A DNA stretch of 64,000 nt from Perna viridis (lineage: Eukaryota): positions 42,166,862 to 42,230,861 of the forward strand of contig CM074511.1 of NCBI GenBank assembly GCA_037379345.1, read 5' to 3'. Numbering within the stretch: the stretch's first letter is position 1; each line of letters opens with the position of its first letter. Shown one piece after another: positions 26,794 to 40,882 of this stretch. A program made the position numbers and the translations under genes. The notes beneath the pieces are model-generated. The model was not told the DNA's origin, made no database searches, and saw nothing but the letters and a program-made list of their open reading frames with translations.

Positions 26794-26970
26794 CAGGGGC
26801 GGATCCAGGATTTGAGTTTAGGGGGGGGCGTTAATTGAATTAAATGCCATGCAAAGCAAGGCAAAAAAATAAAAAAAATATTGTTGGGTGAAACTTCTTG
26901 TAAAAATTGTGTTTCTTACCGATTTAGAGGGGGCGTACGCCCGGCACGCCAGCCCTTGAATCCGTGCCTG
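26794..26970. mobile_element. hAT-like MITE (CAG...CTG ends) with 5-bp TSD GGGTG
   Basis: gggtg|caggggcggatcca ... tgaatccgtgcctg|gggtg. Related ends at ~24508 and 50797-51350. Confidence 0.65.
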
Positions 26971-27371
26971 GGGTGTTGCGCTCTTGAGATAAAATGTACA
27001 TAGATTGTACATGAAATTAGCACTTTGCAAGAGTACTCTTGATTTTGTTAGATTTGTTTAATTTTAGTTCGAGATAAATGCATGGTTTTCTCAAAAGGAC
27101 AGATCTATATATGGAAAAAACAACTGTTACGTAAAAATATAGCATATGAAGATTGACAAACCATTTTTTCTTCGGTGGGTTTCTCTACGCCATGAATCAC
27201 TTTCAACTTGGCACTTTCTGAATTTTATATGGACTGGTACCTAAATTTTCAAAACAGTATTTCAACAAGTGATTAACAAAAGTTTTCTTAGATTAAAGTC
27301 AAGAATATCACATACAAGTAAGACCTTCTTTAATGTCTAACAATTGCTATTTCATACCACTGAAGACTTTA

Positions 27372-30300
27372 TTATTCAATTCGTGGACGCCACCCTTCCT
27401 TCATCTTATTGAATTTTGCAATTTCAATCAGATTTAAGCTGAAAGGTTCTTTACTAAGATCATCCTCGTCTATGTCAGCAATGAACTCTCCATCCATTTT
27501 ATGTTCGTCACACAAGTCGGCGAGTTTTGTCAAAGCACATTGATGAAGGCAACTGACAAGTTCCTTGACAGACATTTGAGATATATGCGGCTCTCGTTGT
27601 GAGTGCGAGCTGCGTGTACTGGGTCGAATCTTACCTATCGGTCGGATTTGCGTATTTATCGGTGGGTATGGCAACATTTTTGAGAAATCTGGGATATCAT
27701 AAACATCTGAACTATCATTTTCGCAATCTTCTTGATTAAATGCCATGTTTTTCTCTTCTCCTGGCGATGACATAAGGGACATTGTATATGATAGGCGACT
27801 AAAAGTTTTAGCATTGTAGATCCTTGAACTGTTATCTTTTGATTGGTAATCGAATATTTGTTCTTTCGGTGATCTTAAAGTAGGTGATGTTAGCGGTTTT
27901 GTCTTGTAATCGGAACAAACAGCATTCGGAGATAATGGCTGTTTAGATCTTGGAGGAACACATATTGGTGCAGTACCACATTTCTTCTTTTCGAAGTCTG
28001 TTTGATATAAAATATGACTAAAATATACCTAGACAATGTACTAGTTAATGGTAAAACATTATTTTTAAATGTTACTTATTGAGCGCTGATACTTCTTGTG
28101 ATCAACAGTAAATAGTTGCATCATTTTCGAAAAGTAAAAATGAATAACTGTACAGCAGGAATGATTTTTACGCATGTCATTGGTGACAGCGTTAACAGCG
28201 AAATGAAAAAGAAAATATTTCAAAATATAACTAAATAGTGAATAAATAAAATATATAAATATAACGTTTATTGTTTGATTTGCCCTTACACCAAATATTC
28301 CGAAACATTAAGGGATACCACGTGTATTTCAAGTCATACAACAAACTTACATTCGATAGGTTCATATTCATGATCTAACTCCTCACTGATACTATTTTTA
28401 GATCTGGGAGGACATTGAGGTGGTTTGTCGTCTTCCGAAAGTCCTGGCAAACAATTAGAAAATATATATATTTTTAGGTATTTTCCTTTTATCATTTTAT
28501 GTGATAGGTTACCATAAAGATACAAGATAAGCATCTTAAACTTCTGAAAAAAATGAATCAACTCAAAATCTCTGATTACTAGAACAAGTTAATATTATTA
28601 AAACTTTTAGATATACACGATATGCTGAATCATAATAAATTTATTTATGGGAGAGTTATCAAGCGAATCAATATTCTAGCGGAAATCCAAAAAATGCAAT
28701 CCAGGGACAAAGATCAGACAGGGAAAACAAACACACAAAAAAAAAACCAAAAAAAAAAAAAAAACCGAAACAATACGTACAAAGATACAGAAGTAAATGA
28801 GCCTCGAACTCCACTAAAAATATTGGAGCATGGTCCAGATGCAACGAAGGGTAAGCGTCATATATTTGCATATTGCATATAGAGCAAACATTTTTTAGAC
28901 CAAAATAGAGGAAATGAGTGATTAGAAAATACTAGGAGTATTGATGACATTGGTAGTTTCAAGAAAACTCATGATCAAATGCTTGTTTCTTTTTCCTAAA
29001 AAAAAACAAAAACAAAAACAAAACAAAAAATACAAAAAACATTTAATTTTATTTCCATTTGAAATTCATGTTTTAAAACTTGTATATTGATTTCAAAAGT
29101 ATTACCAAGGCTGTGGCAATGACAGTCTAATTAAAATAAGACCTTGCGTTATTTTTGTTCGCACAAATAGAAATCAGAGGGGCAAACTTGAATTATACTG
29201 TAGCGTGAAGAAATCTTAAGTCCATATAATGCACTTAAATAAAGTGTACCTAGTTCAGCATTCCGTTCTCTTGAGAGTTGAAAAATGTATTCGAGAAATG
29301 TACTTAATAGGTCTAGGTTATGCTTAAAAATGATCGAAAGTAACCTTGAACATCTAAATAGAGGAAATCATAAGGCCTAAAATTGGCTCGTATGACAGAA
29401 AAAAACAAAAACAAAATAAACCAGATCAATTGATTTTTGAAGTTCCCATTAAACGCCGGATGAACAAAAGAACGGAAACAGGAAGATATTGTTTTTTAAA
29501 TTTATTATTAATCATCCTTTTGAATTCAAATATGAGTATATATGTATGGTTTCCCCATGAATTCATTAAAATTGTTATAATTATTTACTCATGTAATTCC
29601 GAGGCACTTCGGCTGAAATGCCAGTGTGTCCACTACCTTGACCCTTGGCAAAATAGTTCCTCATTACCACAACTTTACCTTTAGTTAATACAATTATGCA
29701 TAACTTTTACCTTAATTTAATTATTTATTACCACGACTTACTTTCTCTTGACTAAAATTCACTATTTACGTGACTTTACTTTGGTATAATACTAAACCTT
29801 ACTGTGACCTGTATGTAAATAAAGGCTCAGTCATTTGTATAGGAAATAAGGTGAGGACTTCAAAAAACACTGAGTAACATTGAGTTATTTCTGATTGTAT
29901 TTGAATTCATATATAATGATAATAGATATGGTGAATACGTCAAAGAGACAACAACCCCAACAGGCTTAGAGGCCACCCATGGGTATCAGTGAAAGACGAG
30001 GAAATTCTAACACCACAGGGCAGCTGACCTCAAAACAACAATATATACAGGTACATCGAAATAGTTGCCCCTCTATGCTCCTGCAAAATAAAAGTAAATT
30101 GAAATTGAAAACGAAACAAGACAAAGAGGTAAGAAATTCCTGACTCGGGACAGACGCATAAAAATGCGGTCGGATTCAAGTACTTTTGACGTGATCAAAA
30201 CTCTACCCTTTTATATCTGGCCACTGTGAAAAAAATATAGTCTCTCTTATGACACTGCTTTTGATAGTAATAGTAGTCAGTGGTGATGTTATCCGTGGGT

Positions 30301-33300
30301 TGGTTAAATACAGTGTTCTAGAAAAGCAGAGGACGCTTACCCTGCCGGTGCACCTGGTCCATGCTCCCAGTTTTCAGTGGAGTCCGAGTTGCTCATTTAC
30401 TTTTGTTGACTTGTACGTATTATTTTTGTTATTTTAAGCTTTTCGTTATGTGTGTCTTTTTGCCTGTCTCGTCTTTGTCCTTGGATTGCATTATTTTGAT
30501 TTCCGCTAGAATCTTGGTTCCCTTGATTGCTCTTTGATTTCCGCTAGAATCTTAGTTCCTTTGATTACTCTTTCGTTCGTTCTTGTTAATTAAGGAAGGA
30601 GATGAATTTTATAAAATAGGAATTTTATTATTTTTAATTCGCTGCAGAAAATCAGTGATTGTTTCACATAAACAAATACTTTAAACATTATTTCCTGCTC
30701 ACAATCTTGCTTCAACATCCTCATTAGTAGCAAGGGATAACTTTGTATACACGATAGCACATTTGTTGTAATGTTTTGTGTATGCTTTAAAATGTATGCC
30801 TATCGGAAAACTTTGCGTTAATGTCACATCTTAGAGTTGTTGAAATGTCACATTTCAGAGTCGCGGTAAAATCATCATTAATATCATTATCTTACATTAA
30901 GATATTCATCCAGTTTTGCTCCTTCTATGTGTATTGCATAGTAGAATAGCTGATTTGCCAGTTTTTGGTTATTAGTCATAATCAACGATTTTTTGTTGTT
31001 GTTGAAGCGGTCAAAGGGAAGTAACTCTGTAGTTGGACAAACATTTTTGGACAATTAAAAGCATTGTAGTAATGTTTAGTTTCTTTTCTCACTTTCTTTC
31101 TAGAACATACACATAATTAAGAATAATGAATACGCTGATTTTTCTTCCATGTTTTAATAATTTACCATTACTTATGTGTCCCATATTTTCATTGTAAACC
31201 GTGTGGCACCATATTGTTGAATTATATATACGACATCTCAGTTCTCTCTGGTAAAGTCTTGTTACCACTGGGCACCATACTTATAGTAGTAGTTATTTTA
31301 CAAGTTGCAAGTAAAGTGCAGTGACGTAGAATTTGCTTTGGAAAGTTTGATTGAAAAATATTACAAATAATCTAAATTTGTTTATTAGCATATTAAATTT
31401 TCATATATTTTTTTATAACAAATTATTTGATTTCTTGGGAAATATCGAGATTTCAGTGCTCTTCTAGAACGGAAGGCTGGTGACACGAATTTCCGTGACG
31501 GCCCAATAAAGGAAAGGATTCTGGCACAATTTACCTGTGTCAGTGTTTCGTACAAGATTTTTCAATAGATATTTCATTCGTTTATACTTGTATTTGAGTA
31601 CACTGACAAGCATTTAATTATACTTTAATACATGTAACATTTAACTTCACAAATATCTGCCACAGGTTCATCACATGAGAATAAAAACCATTTCTGACTG
31701 TTTACTATACTGTGAAAGTACTTTCATTCGTGTATACCAATTTTAGTGGTTAAGGGAAGAAACACTAGTTCGTGTATTCTTGATATCGTGGCTTTGAAGT
31801 TTTCAGTATACACATCAATTGGATCCTCCTTTTCATTAAGAACCATATTCGTGGTTTTGCCTACAAACGAAAACAACAAAAAATGGTACCCCACGTACAA
31901 TAGTACTCTCACAGTAACTTTCATATATAATTCGCATACAACTTGCGCAATGTATTTTTATCGTTTTAATCGTTTGATGTACTATGAAATATACTGTCAA
32001 CACCAGACTCGCCCCCTATCAATATGGTACCATAGTTCTCGTGTGATACACTTTTGAATTCAGGAAAATATCGCATTTTGTTGAAGTTATTTAAAAATTA
32101 TTGTTGCTTAGTTATTGTTAATTTATATCTGCATACCCTTGGACGACTTTGGAACGAAGTTTAAATACAATAAGTTATTATACTTATTTAAATCAATTAA
32201 GGCAAGACTCTAATAGAGCAACACAATAGACCGAAAGGCGTTACAGGATCACAAATAGAAATACTGCTAGTAAAACCTTAACCGCTCCAATTTAGCGGCC
32301 GTTGGTTTTGGTGTTACGCATAAGGTTACTCTAAGATAGAGGAGTAGTGTAGGGAGTTCAGAAACACTACACGGAGGAGCCTACTACAATATTTTCTCTT
32401 ATACTATTTTGCTAAAGCTGATTAAACAATTGTCCCAAATGCTGAAAAAAGTTACCAATGGATAACTTTCTAAAAACAATATTTTTTTTTAGAAATCTAA
32501 AAAAATAACGATTAAACTTTCTTGACTCTTGTAATAAAAATGAAATCAATGAAACCAGTTTTTCCTACTCTTATAATTGCTATACTCAGATTGGTTTTAT
32601 AAAACACAAAATGATGACTAATAACCACAAATTGGTTATTACATACCTCCGAGATCATGAAAATTTCTTACCGCTAATTGAAGGCACACAACATGCCTTT
32701 TGCTGTTTTTCAGTTTGGTAGATTCGTTGTCTCTTTGACACATTCTCCATTTCTTCCCAATGTCGATCTTTGACAGAGATTTCAATACGTGTTATGAATA
32801 ATCAAAATTACTTACTCCTTGGTGGCCGAGGTGGTATTTTAGGAGGGTCCTCAGAGGGCGTCATCTCATTGTCGTCATCTATTTCTATCTTTTTAATTTT
32901 GTGAAAACTTCTTGGTTTTCTCGACAGCTCTAAGTACAAACTGCCTTCTACAATATCCATGGTGGGAGTTTTCTGAGAAAAATTTCGGACAGCCAATAGT
33001 TCATATTCCTTTTGGTCAGAATTAATAGGGACATGTACTTCGATATCATTGACGTCTTTTCTGCCAAGAGGTAATAGTACAATACCTCTTTCAACATACT
33101 TTTCAGTTTCAATTCGCATTTTTTCCAAGGCTTGATCATGCTGTTGCGTGTGGTGGCCTACCACTACATCTTCTGTGAATACTCTTGTCAATTTTACGCA
33201 CCCAGAAAAAGCTTGAATATTGTCTATAGCACCTTCTAAATCTGTTGTAAGAACCTTTTCAAACTCATCCTCTACGAATCCTACACATTGTGGTAAAGGT

Positions 33301-33875
33301 AGGCTATCTACAATTTCTTTTAAAGTGTAATGTGTCCCATCTGGCAGTGGAACAAATCGACCTGTTACATCCTTACTTATGATAATACTGCCACCTTCAT
33401 ACTTAGCGACTAACCCTTGAGTGGGCAGATACTTTAAAAGTTTTAAACGTTTCCCCACTTTGACTTGTATTGTTTTATCACGGCTCGATTTTGCAACAAA
33501 TTCAGATTCAACTCGTACGTACCGAGGAAAATCTCTAAGAAGTTCTGGCACCGAGCAATATGGTCTTGAATTTGGTCTAATAATCAACACTTTACCTTGA
33601 TATCCAAGTGGTATTATTATTTCGTTTGGTTGCGTGTATCCGGTCCAATCTTCATGAACAGAGGTGTTCAATGAAGAAATTACTATCGCATTGACTTTCT
33701 GAACACTTTTCACACATTCCAACACGAGAAAATCACCTGCTGAAATAGATTCGGATTCGGTGTTACCTAAGTATCCTTCAGACAACTGAACTTTAACAGG
33801 TAAAGGTCCCTTAGCAACTTCACTCAAGGTCTTGGTTTCTCTTGACCCATCAGTATTTCGGTCCTTAAAAGCCAT
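27372..33875 (-). CDS. GAREM/Themis-family CABIT-SAM adaptor, paralogue B (~592-633 aa)
   Basis: Exons 33875-32816 (CABIT: LPVKVQL, IIIPLGYQGKV, SVPELLRDFPRYV, YTLKEIVDSLPLPQCV; ends PPKIPPRPPR), optional 31860-31738, 28443-28351 (KPPQCPPR...HEYEPIE), 27997-27372 (SAM, ends EGWRPRIE). All junctions are phase 1 and in frame. Confidence 0.88.
28655..28862 (-). mobile_element. Degraded Penelope-like 3' tail
   Basis: atccagggacaaagatcagaca...ggagcatggtccagatgc...gggtaagcgtc matches the tail at 13030-13195. Confidence 0.7.
30315..30575 (+). mobile_element. Solo Penelope-like 3' tail with 38-bp terminal tandem duplication
   Basis: gcttaccctgccggtgcacctggtccatgctcccag...gagttgctcatt; tttgatttccgctagaatcttggttcccttgatt repeated twice. 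Confidence 0.8.
31738..31860 (-). CDS. Candidate 123-nt symmetric internal exon of paralogue B
   Basis: Strong acceptor (ttgttttcgtttgtag), open frame KTTNMVLNEKEDPIDVYTENF...TTKI, phase 1-1, weak donor gtatac. Confidence 0.45.
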
Positions 33876-36800
33876 TTTCCTCGCGTTATTTAAAATAATG
33901 TTTTCATACACGAGTAAAGCTATGTTTCAGGAAGTATTTCAGACACTTCAGGAACATACTAGTCGAAGTAACATCCTTTAAAAATAGATTTGCATTTTAC
34001 ATTATATAAATAATTCATCTGAAAGAAAAAAAAGTTGACATGGCGAAAAGTGTAATGTGCAGTACAAGATAATAAAAATTCACTATCGTTCTAGAGAATT
34101 CAAAATTTTGATATGAATTTAGTGTCAGGTTCTTTTTAGTGATGGGCCATGGAAAGCACTTCCAAACAACTATTTGATGAACTTAAGTCAGATGAGGATC
34201 ACCTGTATTAAGTGCCACGTGGTCCCCCCCACTACGTAGGGATGACATTCTAATCGACAGGGCTTATATCATCAACACATAGTTCAATGCCTAGCCCATT
34301 ATATCAGGTCTATTCTACATTTGCACTGATACATTTTGATTAATATAAATGACTGTCTTCACCTTGAATTTTCTTGTTTTTGACACTTTTTGTTTTTCTA
34401 TTATTGCCATCTGTCTCAGCAAATGACAATATAATGATGCATTCTTCTTCCGCTTTAGCGCTCATTTAAGGAAAATGCAAAGTCCAAAGTTATTTGTAAT
34501 GTGAATTTTACAGACTAAAAACTAGTTTTTATCTTTAAATACGTCTGACGGTTGATAGTTTGTGGCCAAGCTTTTACTTAAATAAAAAAAAATGTTCAAG
34601 TATGATTTGTATGAAACCAACCCTATAAAATGCCATAAGGATCTATAATGCATGAACGCAGCTCATCGAGATGCTTGCTAATTCACCCAAAATGAGCAAT
34701 AGTTTGTCAAGAAAAAAGTTGAATATAGTAAAAATATCATCCTCTTAGTATTTGTTGCTTGGCTTAGAATTATTTTTTCTCAGCCTATATGCAGAAGTCC
34801 TTCTTTTTACTATAGATGAAAATAGACATTTGTTATGTCACAATATGGAGAAAGGTATTTTTATCCCAGTTTCCATTTGCATTTGTTTGGAATTTTTCTG
34901 AATCTTGCACATATTATTTAAAGATAGAAAAGTAATATAACCTTACGACAGACATGCGCCTGTCCACAGTCCGATGTTGGCCATTAATGGGTCTTTCTAT
35001 CGTAAGTTCATTTGGAAGAAGTGTCATCCTTTAGTTAGCGAGGATGTTGCGCTGTAAATTAAACGTAAATTTTGTTGTGATAATAGAAGATAGTATTGTG
35101 TCGTCATGACTTATGATCTATTTTACGCGTAGGATTTTTTTGTGAAATTGACTGCTGGATCACATGTTTGTCCTCATTTTAGCCTACACTTCGTTGAATT
35201 ATTTTCATATATCACGGTTTTTATACCATAAGGCACTAGAAAGTGTGGTTTATGAACGGTCTAATTCAATTAGCACTTCAATTGAAGAGCTAAAATGAAT
35301 CTCTTATATAAAAACTTTAAAAAAAAAGAAAAAAAAGAAAATAAGAAACGTCTGGCATTTTCGATTGGCACCGATTTATTACATATACATGATTCTATTT
35401 TAATTTGTAAAAAGATCTTTTTATGAGATGTTTCTGCAATTATTGATATTTAAAAAAAATAAATCACGGTAATTCCATTTTGTCATTTTTTCCATATGTT
35501 GACCATTTATGTCGCATTGTTTTACCCAGAGCGGTAGTGAGGGCTTAAATTATGACATAGATGGCCAGCCAGCCCTTGGTAAAACCATGATAAAATGGAG
35601 ATGGCGTGATTTATTTCGATTCTTATGTGATTAGTTTCTTCATATTTTTTAATAGACGCAGTCTATGTATTGCACGAAATGTTGATCATGTGTTTATCAC
35701 TTTTTTACCATGGCTGTCGTCTAAAAAGCTTTGAAGAACGTCGTAGTAGAATGTATGATTGAACAATTATTTTTTTACTGCAATCGTCATTCCGAAGTAG
35801 TAATTTAATATTAACATTTGTCAAGTTACAAGGGCCAAGTCCGTATGATGTGAACGTCCTATAGTCTGTCCTTTCGTGCGTGCTTCCATCCGTCGGTAAC
35901 AAAGCGAGTGCGGGCTGTAACTTTGTTGTCTTTTGGTAAAGGCATTTCCTATTTGGCATGTGGGTAGATCAGCGCAAAACGATATGTCACGTACCGGGGT
36001 TGGTGGTCTTTGACGTTGATCTATGACCTCAGTTTCAAATTGATTTAGTCGCGCGGGAAAAAACATTGTAATAAATTGTAAAGTCCATTGTCAACTTTGC
36101 TTTGTCAGTGACGTTGGCATGGGTGGAAATAGCTCTTATTAGATCGAATACAATAACATCAATCAGTCTATGTCGTTAATAATCTACAAAACTGTTTTAT
36201 GTCTCGGTTGTAATGGGTTTTGCGTAATAGATGAAATGTGATTTTGAAAAGCCGATGCACTGGACTTATACTACAGCGAAGCCCACAGAAATTGTATCCA
36301 TCGTGAATCAATATAAATATGGTAACAATGCTCCAAAAAAGTCTGTTCTATTTTTATGCACCCTATAATATGTACATTTCTTTGGAATCAGTAAATTTTA
36401 CATTTTTTTAAAGTTGCACTATTATTTCATATTATATTAAATAATTATAAAATTATTTTCAAAATGTCTGCAAATAAAAAAAAAAAGTTTTTTAGTTTTT
36501 GTTCCGTGTCCTCTGGGTTATGATATTATTTGTACCCGTGTTCGATATGTAAACGGAAATCAAATCACGATCATAGTAAAAATAGAAATACCGACGAAAA
36601 TTGTGAAACTTAAGTTGATGTCACATATTTGGCAGGTTTTAGGGATCTACAGTAATGTGCTTTTTGTTTAAATATAAAAAAAACGAAGTTCTGAGGCTTC
36701 TTGTTGCGCAACTAGCAAAGTTTTGAAGTATTCACAAGGATTGAACATAGACTCAACGTATACCTTAATGACCCGAATGTTATGTAACAAGTCTTTGTAT

Positions 36801-37920
36801 AAGATGAGGTATCACGTGGGCGTATTCAACTTAGATATTTTTTTTATGCTTTGTCATGTTTGTTTAAAATTTGTTAGTTTGAAACAATACACACATTGTT
36901 ACCATGCTCCGATCGAATGAATCGATACTGTTTGTTTTTTAAAGCACTATATAAAGTACATATGCTATATATCTTTGCAGGCTGTGTTGTTATTTCATCG
37001 AATGATATCTATTTTATACAATTTATAGGGCTCAACCATTTTCATATCCAATAAATTTATCTTCATGCGAACACACATTCCTTACAATGTTTGTTTGTTT
37101 GTTTTTTTTTCACAAATGCATTTTTAATGAGATAGACCTAGGGTAAGCGACACAAAAAATTAACCGCTCCATTAAGTATTAATGTTTTGCAATGAAAAAC
37201 ATATTTTCCATTACGTTGAATTGTTTTAATGCTGATATTTTAATGTTAATTTTCTTTAGATATGTATATTCAGAAATGATACCGTTTGATAGCCCGTCCC
37301 AGACTACTTTGAATTGATGGAAAGTGTGCAGTAACTCAAATAGGCTTGTTAAAAGTATATATATTATTGTACAAGTTCATAGAAGAACATACATCATAAC
37401 ATAATAAACTCCACTACACTTAACAACCACACATCACAAATAAACGAAAAATTAAAACATATAAATGGAATAAAAATTTAATTGAAAGCTGATATTTCGT
37501 ATGACTCTTTTTACTTGATGGTATGAGTTTTTTTTTTTCGTTCAAACAAGCAACTATTCATGGAGAAAAAAATTCAAAATTTTACCATTTCGTACATTTT
37601 ATAATTTTTACTTCTAATAGCGAAGTGATATTTTCATTAGGGGTCATGTCCTTAAACAGACCAATATGCCATTTGTAAGTACTAACATCGAGAAACTAAT
37701 AATCATGATATATGTTTAGCAACAGTTCTTCGGGGAATTAATTCAGAGTCCTCATTTCTTATCTGCATTTATCGAAGTTTGGAAAGTCGATAACATACGT
37801 ATTTGTGTTCTAAACCACGTAACCTGTGTGTAAGTTTTACAATTTAAAAAATAAATAGATTTCCATTCGGATTATACCTTACTACGGAAGCCGGTTAGGG
37901 TCATTTGAAAAAAAAATAAA

Positions 37921-38447
37921 TATGTCGAAATTACGACATACTATGTCGAAATAACGACATAGCTAAGTCGAAATCACGACATAGCTAAGCCGAAATTACA
38001 ACATAATATTTTGATATTACGAATTAATCGCGCGCAGGACTGTCGCGGGATTTCCGGAAAACGAAGCGATGGCGACCGGTGGAAAGAAGAAAGGTATGTA
38101 AATGATATTTCGATATTTTTACACGTTATTATGCCATTGCAGAATATTCATGTATGTATTATAATGACTATAGCATATCTCTAGATGATACTACTTATAT
38201 CTTTATGTTATAAAATGTAGACTAGCTCTTAACCATACAGAGCATTTTTTATCCCCCAGTCGTTCTCCGAAAAACTACATTTCATGAAATTAGTCTGTCG
38301 CATGCGTTTATTTTCAACAAATTACATAACACATTGCTTTAAATGAGTTTTATTTGGAAGAAGCGTTTAGTTATTGATAAAACCGTGCATAGTTGTGGAG
38401 ATATAATGTATTTGTGTAAGTATGGAACTTTCATATACTCTTAAACC
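37921..38447. repeat. Left inverted arm of the IS3EU element (inverted copy of ~53221-53810)
   Basis: Continuous near-identical reverse complement, e.g. ggcgaccggtggaaagaagaaaggtatgtaaatg versus catttacatacctttcttctttccaccggtcgcc. Confidence 0.93.
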
Positions 38448-38482
38448 TATGGAAGCCGATTAAGGCCACTTAAAAAATATAT

Positions 38483-38775
38483 CATGTCGCAATTACGACA
38501 TCCTATGTCGGTATTACGATATAGGTATGTCGAAATTATGATATAGGTATGTCGAAATTACGATATAGTTATGTCGAAATAACGATTTAACCATGTATGC
38601 CGAAATTACGATATAGTTATGTTGAAATTAGACTTACATTGTCGAAATTACGACAAAGTATGTCGAAATTACGATATAGTTATGTTGAAAGTAGACTTAC
38701 ATTGTCGAAATTACGACATCGTATGTCGAAATTGCAATACAGCTATGTCAAATTTACGATATGACCGTGTCGTAA
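38483..38775. repeat. Subterminal ~21-bp tandem repeat (tatgtcgaaattacgatatag) after an internal TATGGAAGCC terminus
   Basis: About a dozen degenerate units; the same unit occurs at 37921-38005 and inverted at 53660-53810. Confidence 0.9.
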
Positions 38776-39253
38776 ATTCAACAGAAAGTTACAGCAATGA
38801 TGTCATACCCGCTTTGACTTCCGCCACCTCGATAATAGCCGACGGTAAGTCCCAATATTTGATATTAAAAGTTTTATTGCAAAGCGATAAACTTAGAGAA
38901 CGTTTAATAAGAAGCATGATTATTCACCAAGAGAAGAGCAAGACTGATGCTACATATTTAATCGCAAAATACCAACTCACAACTAAACAAATGGCACATT
39001 GGTGGGATGATTCTAAAAATGACTTTTATACATACACATTATTAGAAAAAAATATCAAGATGTGGTTAGGATAATTGCGTGGGATATAGAAAAAATCAAT
39101 AAGTAGTATCCAACTATGTAACCACAGAAGTATAAAATCATTTCGTTGAATTTCAGAAATGTAATGTACAGAAGTAGAGTTTTTTTATTCTGCAATTGTG
39201 CGATGAACATTTTGTAATTCTGATTTATTGTCGCTTTTTATTTCTTTGTATAG

Positions 39254-40882
39254 CTATGGACAGGAAACAGATATGCAAGTTTTATTTTAGATTGGTTTTG
39301 AATATAAAACCATTTTAAGATTGCTTTTAGAAGTTCATGAAATCTTTGTTAGTATGAGAACACTAAAAAGAATTCTAAAGAGGGCAACTTTAAATCGTAG
39401 AAAATCAAACACTGATGTTTTGCAAGCAGCACTTTTCATCCAGGATAAAATTCAATCATTAGGAGGACACCAAGGTTATCGATGGATGCATCTTCAACGT
39501 ATTCAGAGTGGCATTGACATATCTAGAGATACCGTGCAATTGATGATGCAGATAATTGATCCTACTGAAATTGAAGCTTGGCTAAGAAGACGGCAATATT
39601 TTGCGAGGGGACCCGACTTTCTCTGGCATCTCGATTCTTACGACAAAATAAAAAGATATGGACTGTGCATTAACGGCTGTATCGATGGGTTCTCCAGGCA
39701 GGTTACACGCTTATACAACCAGCAGCAAACCACGAGTAGTTGCAGGCTACTATATGAAAGCAGTTGATTCCAGAAAAGGGTGCCCAAACCATGTGCGAGG
39801 CGACCGAGGCACAGAAAACAGACATGTAGCTGAAATGCAAAATTTTTTGAGAGAGGAAAAATCATTCATTTATGGCAAAAGTACGGCAAATCAAAGAATA
39901 GAAATGTTCTGGAATATTTTGAGAAGACAATGTTGCTAGATTTGGATTGATAAATTAGGAGCCTTAGCAGATGAGGGTCTTTTTGACTTTGGAATTCTAG
40001 ACAGAAATATATTACAATTTTGCTGATAGTCCTCTCTTCAGATGAGCTAACTTTCAAACTTCCTTTTTAGTTTGGCAACAGGTAACTAGCAAAGCATATG
40101 AGTAACGAATATTTCTTGTTTTGTACAAAATTAATATGTTTATTTCGTCGTATTTTGCAAGCGAAATGTTCATGATTAAACAGGAAAATGGACACTTATT
40201 TTCGCCGCCAAAGCAAATACGTAAAAGTTAATGTTCAGAATAGGATTAGAATAAGTATAGGTCTAGGGGTTGGGATTAATATAAGAGTAGGTAAGAGTTA
40301 GGGTTAATGGTCAAAGTGCAAGCTTCTTTCGGTATTTGATAAGGAACTAAATGATAATAGATTCAATGTGACTCGTCCAATAATAGTATGTGATACCATT
40401 TGCAAGGTTGAATAGGGTTTTTTGTTACTTTTGCCTTTTATTTGTCTTTAACTTAGCCATTTAATATTGACAGTTCGAAGTAAAGTTAGAACATCATTTT
40501 GGACAGTAGATGTACATTCATATGTGTATTTAATAGATGTTAATTTAACATTACAGGCAGATTTGGACAATACATGACCACATGGAACACACATCGTATT
40601 CGCCCTACCAAAAACCAATATTGTCCTCACGGACGTCCAATGGTCATGTACATGCTTCCTGCCTCCTGTTCGACTCGATGGTATCTATTTGAAGTTGAAC
40701 AAGTTAAAATAGATGTCTGTAAAACCGAATGCATTTTTCGCAAATAGAGATTTTGTGATGAAGTTATCTTAGAGCTCTGCCTTATTTACATGAAAGAGAA
40801 CAACTGGACTTTGCCAGCAACAATCGACGAAGCCTTACTTCTGTACTCAAACCTTAGGAATTGCTTTCTACATGACTTGTAA
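39254..40882 (+). pseudogene. DDE integrase-core transposase (IS3EU type), frameshifted
   Basis: Motifs SMRTLKRILK, GYRWMH, RRRQYFARGPDFLWHLDSYDKIK..G.CINGCIDGFSR, RGDRGTEN, GKSTANQRIEMFW; second exon from 40557 with WNTHRIRP...PHGRP..MY.LP and stop at 40880-40882. Several frameshifts and stops. Confidence 0.88.

Noticed and set aside
38051-38060. Palindrome TTTCCGGAAA as a STAT/ETS site
   Set aside because: Too short and non-canonically spaced to call without functional data.
38483-38775. CRISPR-like array of ~21-bp repeats and the 151-aa ORF 38619-39074
   Set aside because: Head-to-tail units without unique spacers, no cas genes, eukaryotic context. The ORF is a by-product of the subterminal repeats.
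40240-40310. Telomere-like ttaggg tract
   Set aside because: Very degenerate, short, and inside the transposase intron/insertion; not an interstitial telomere.
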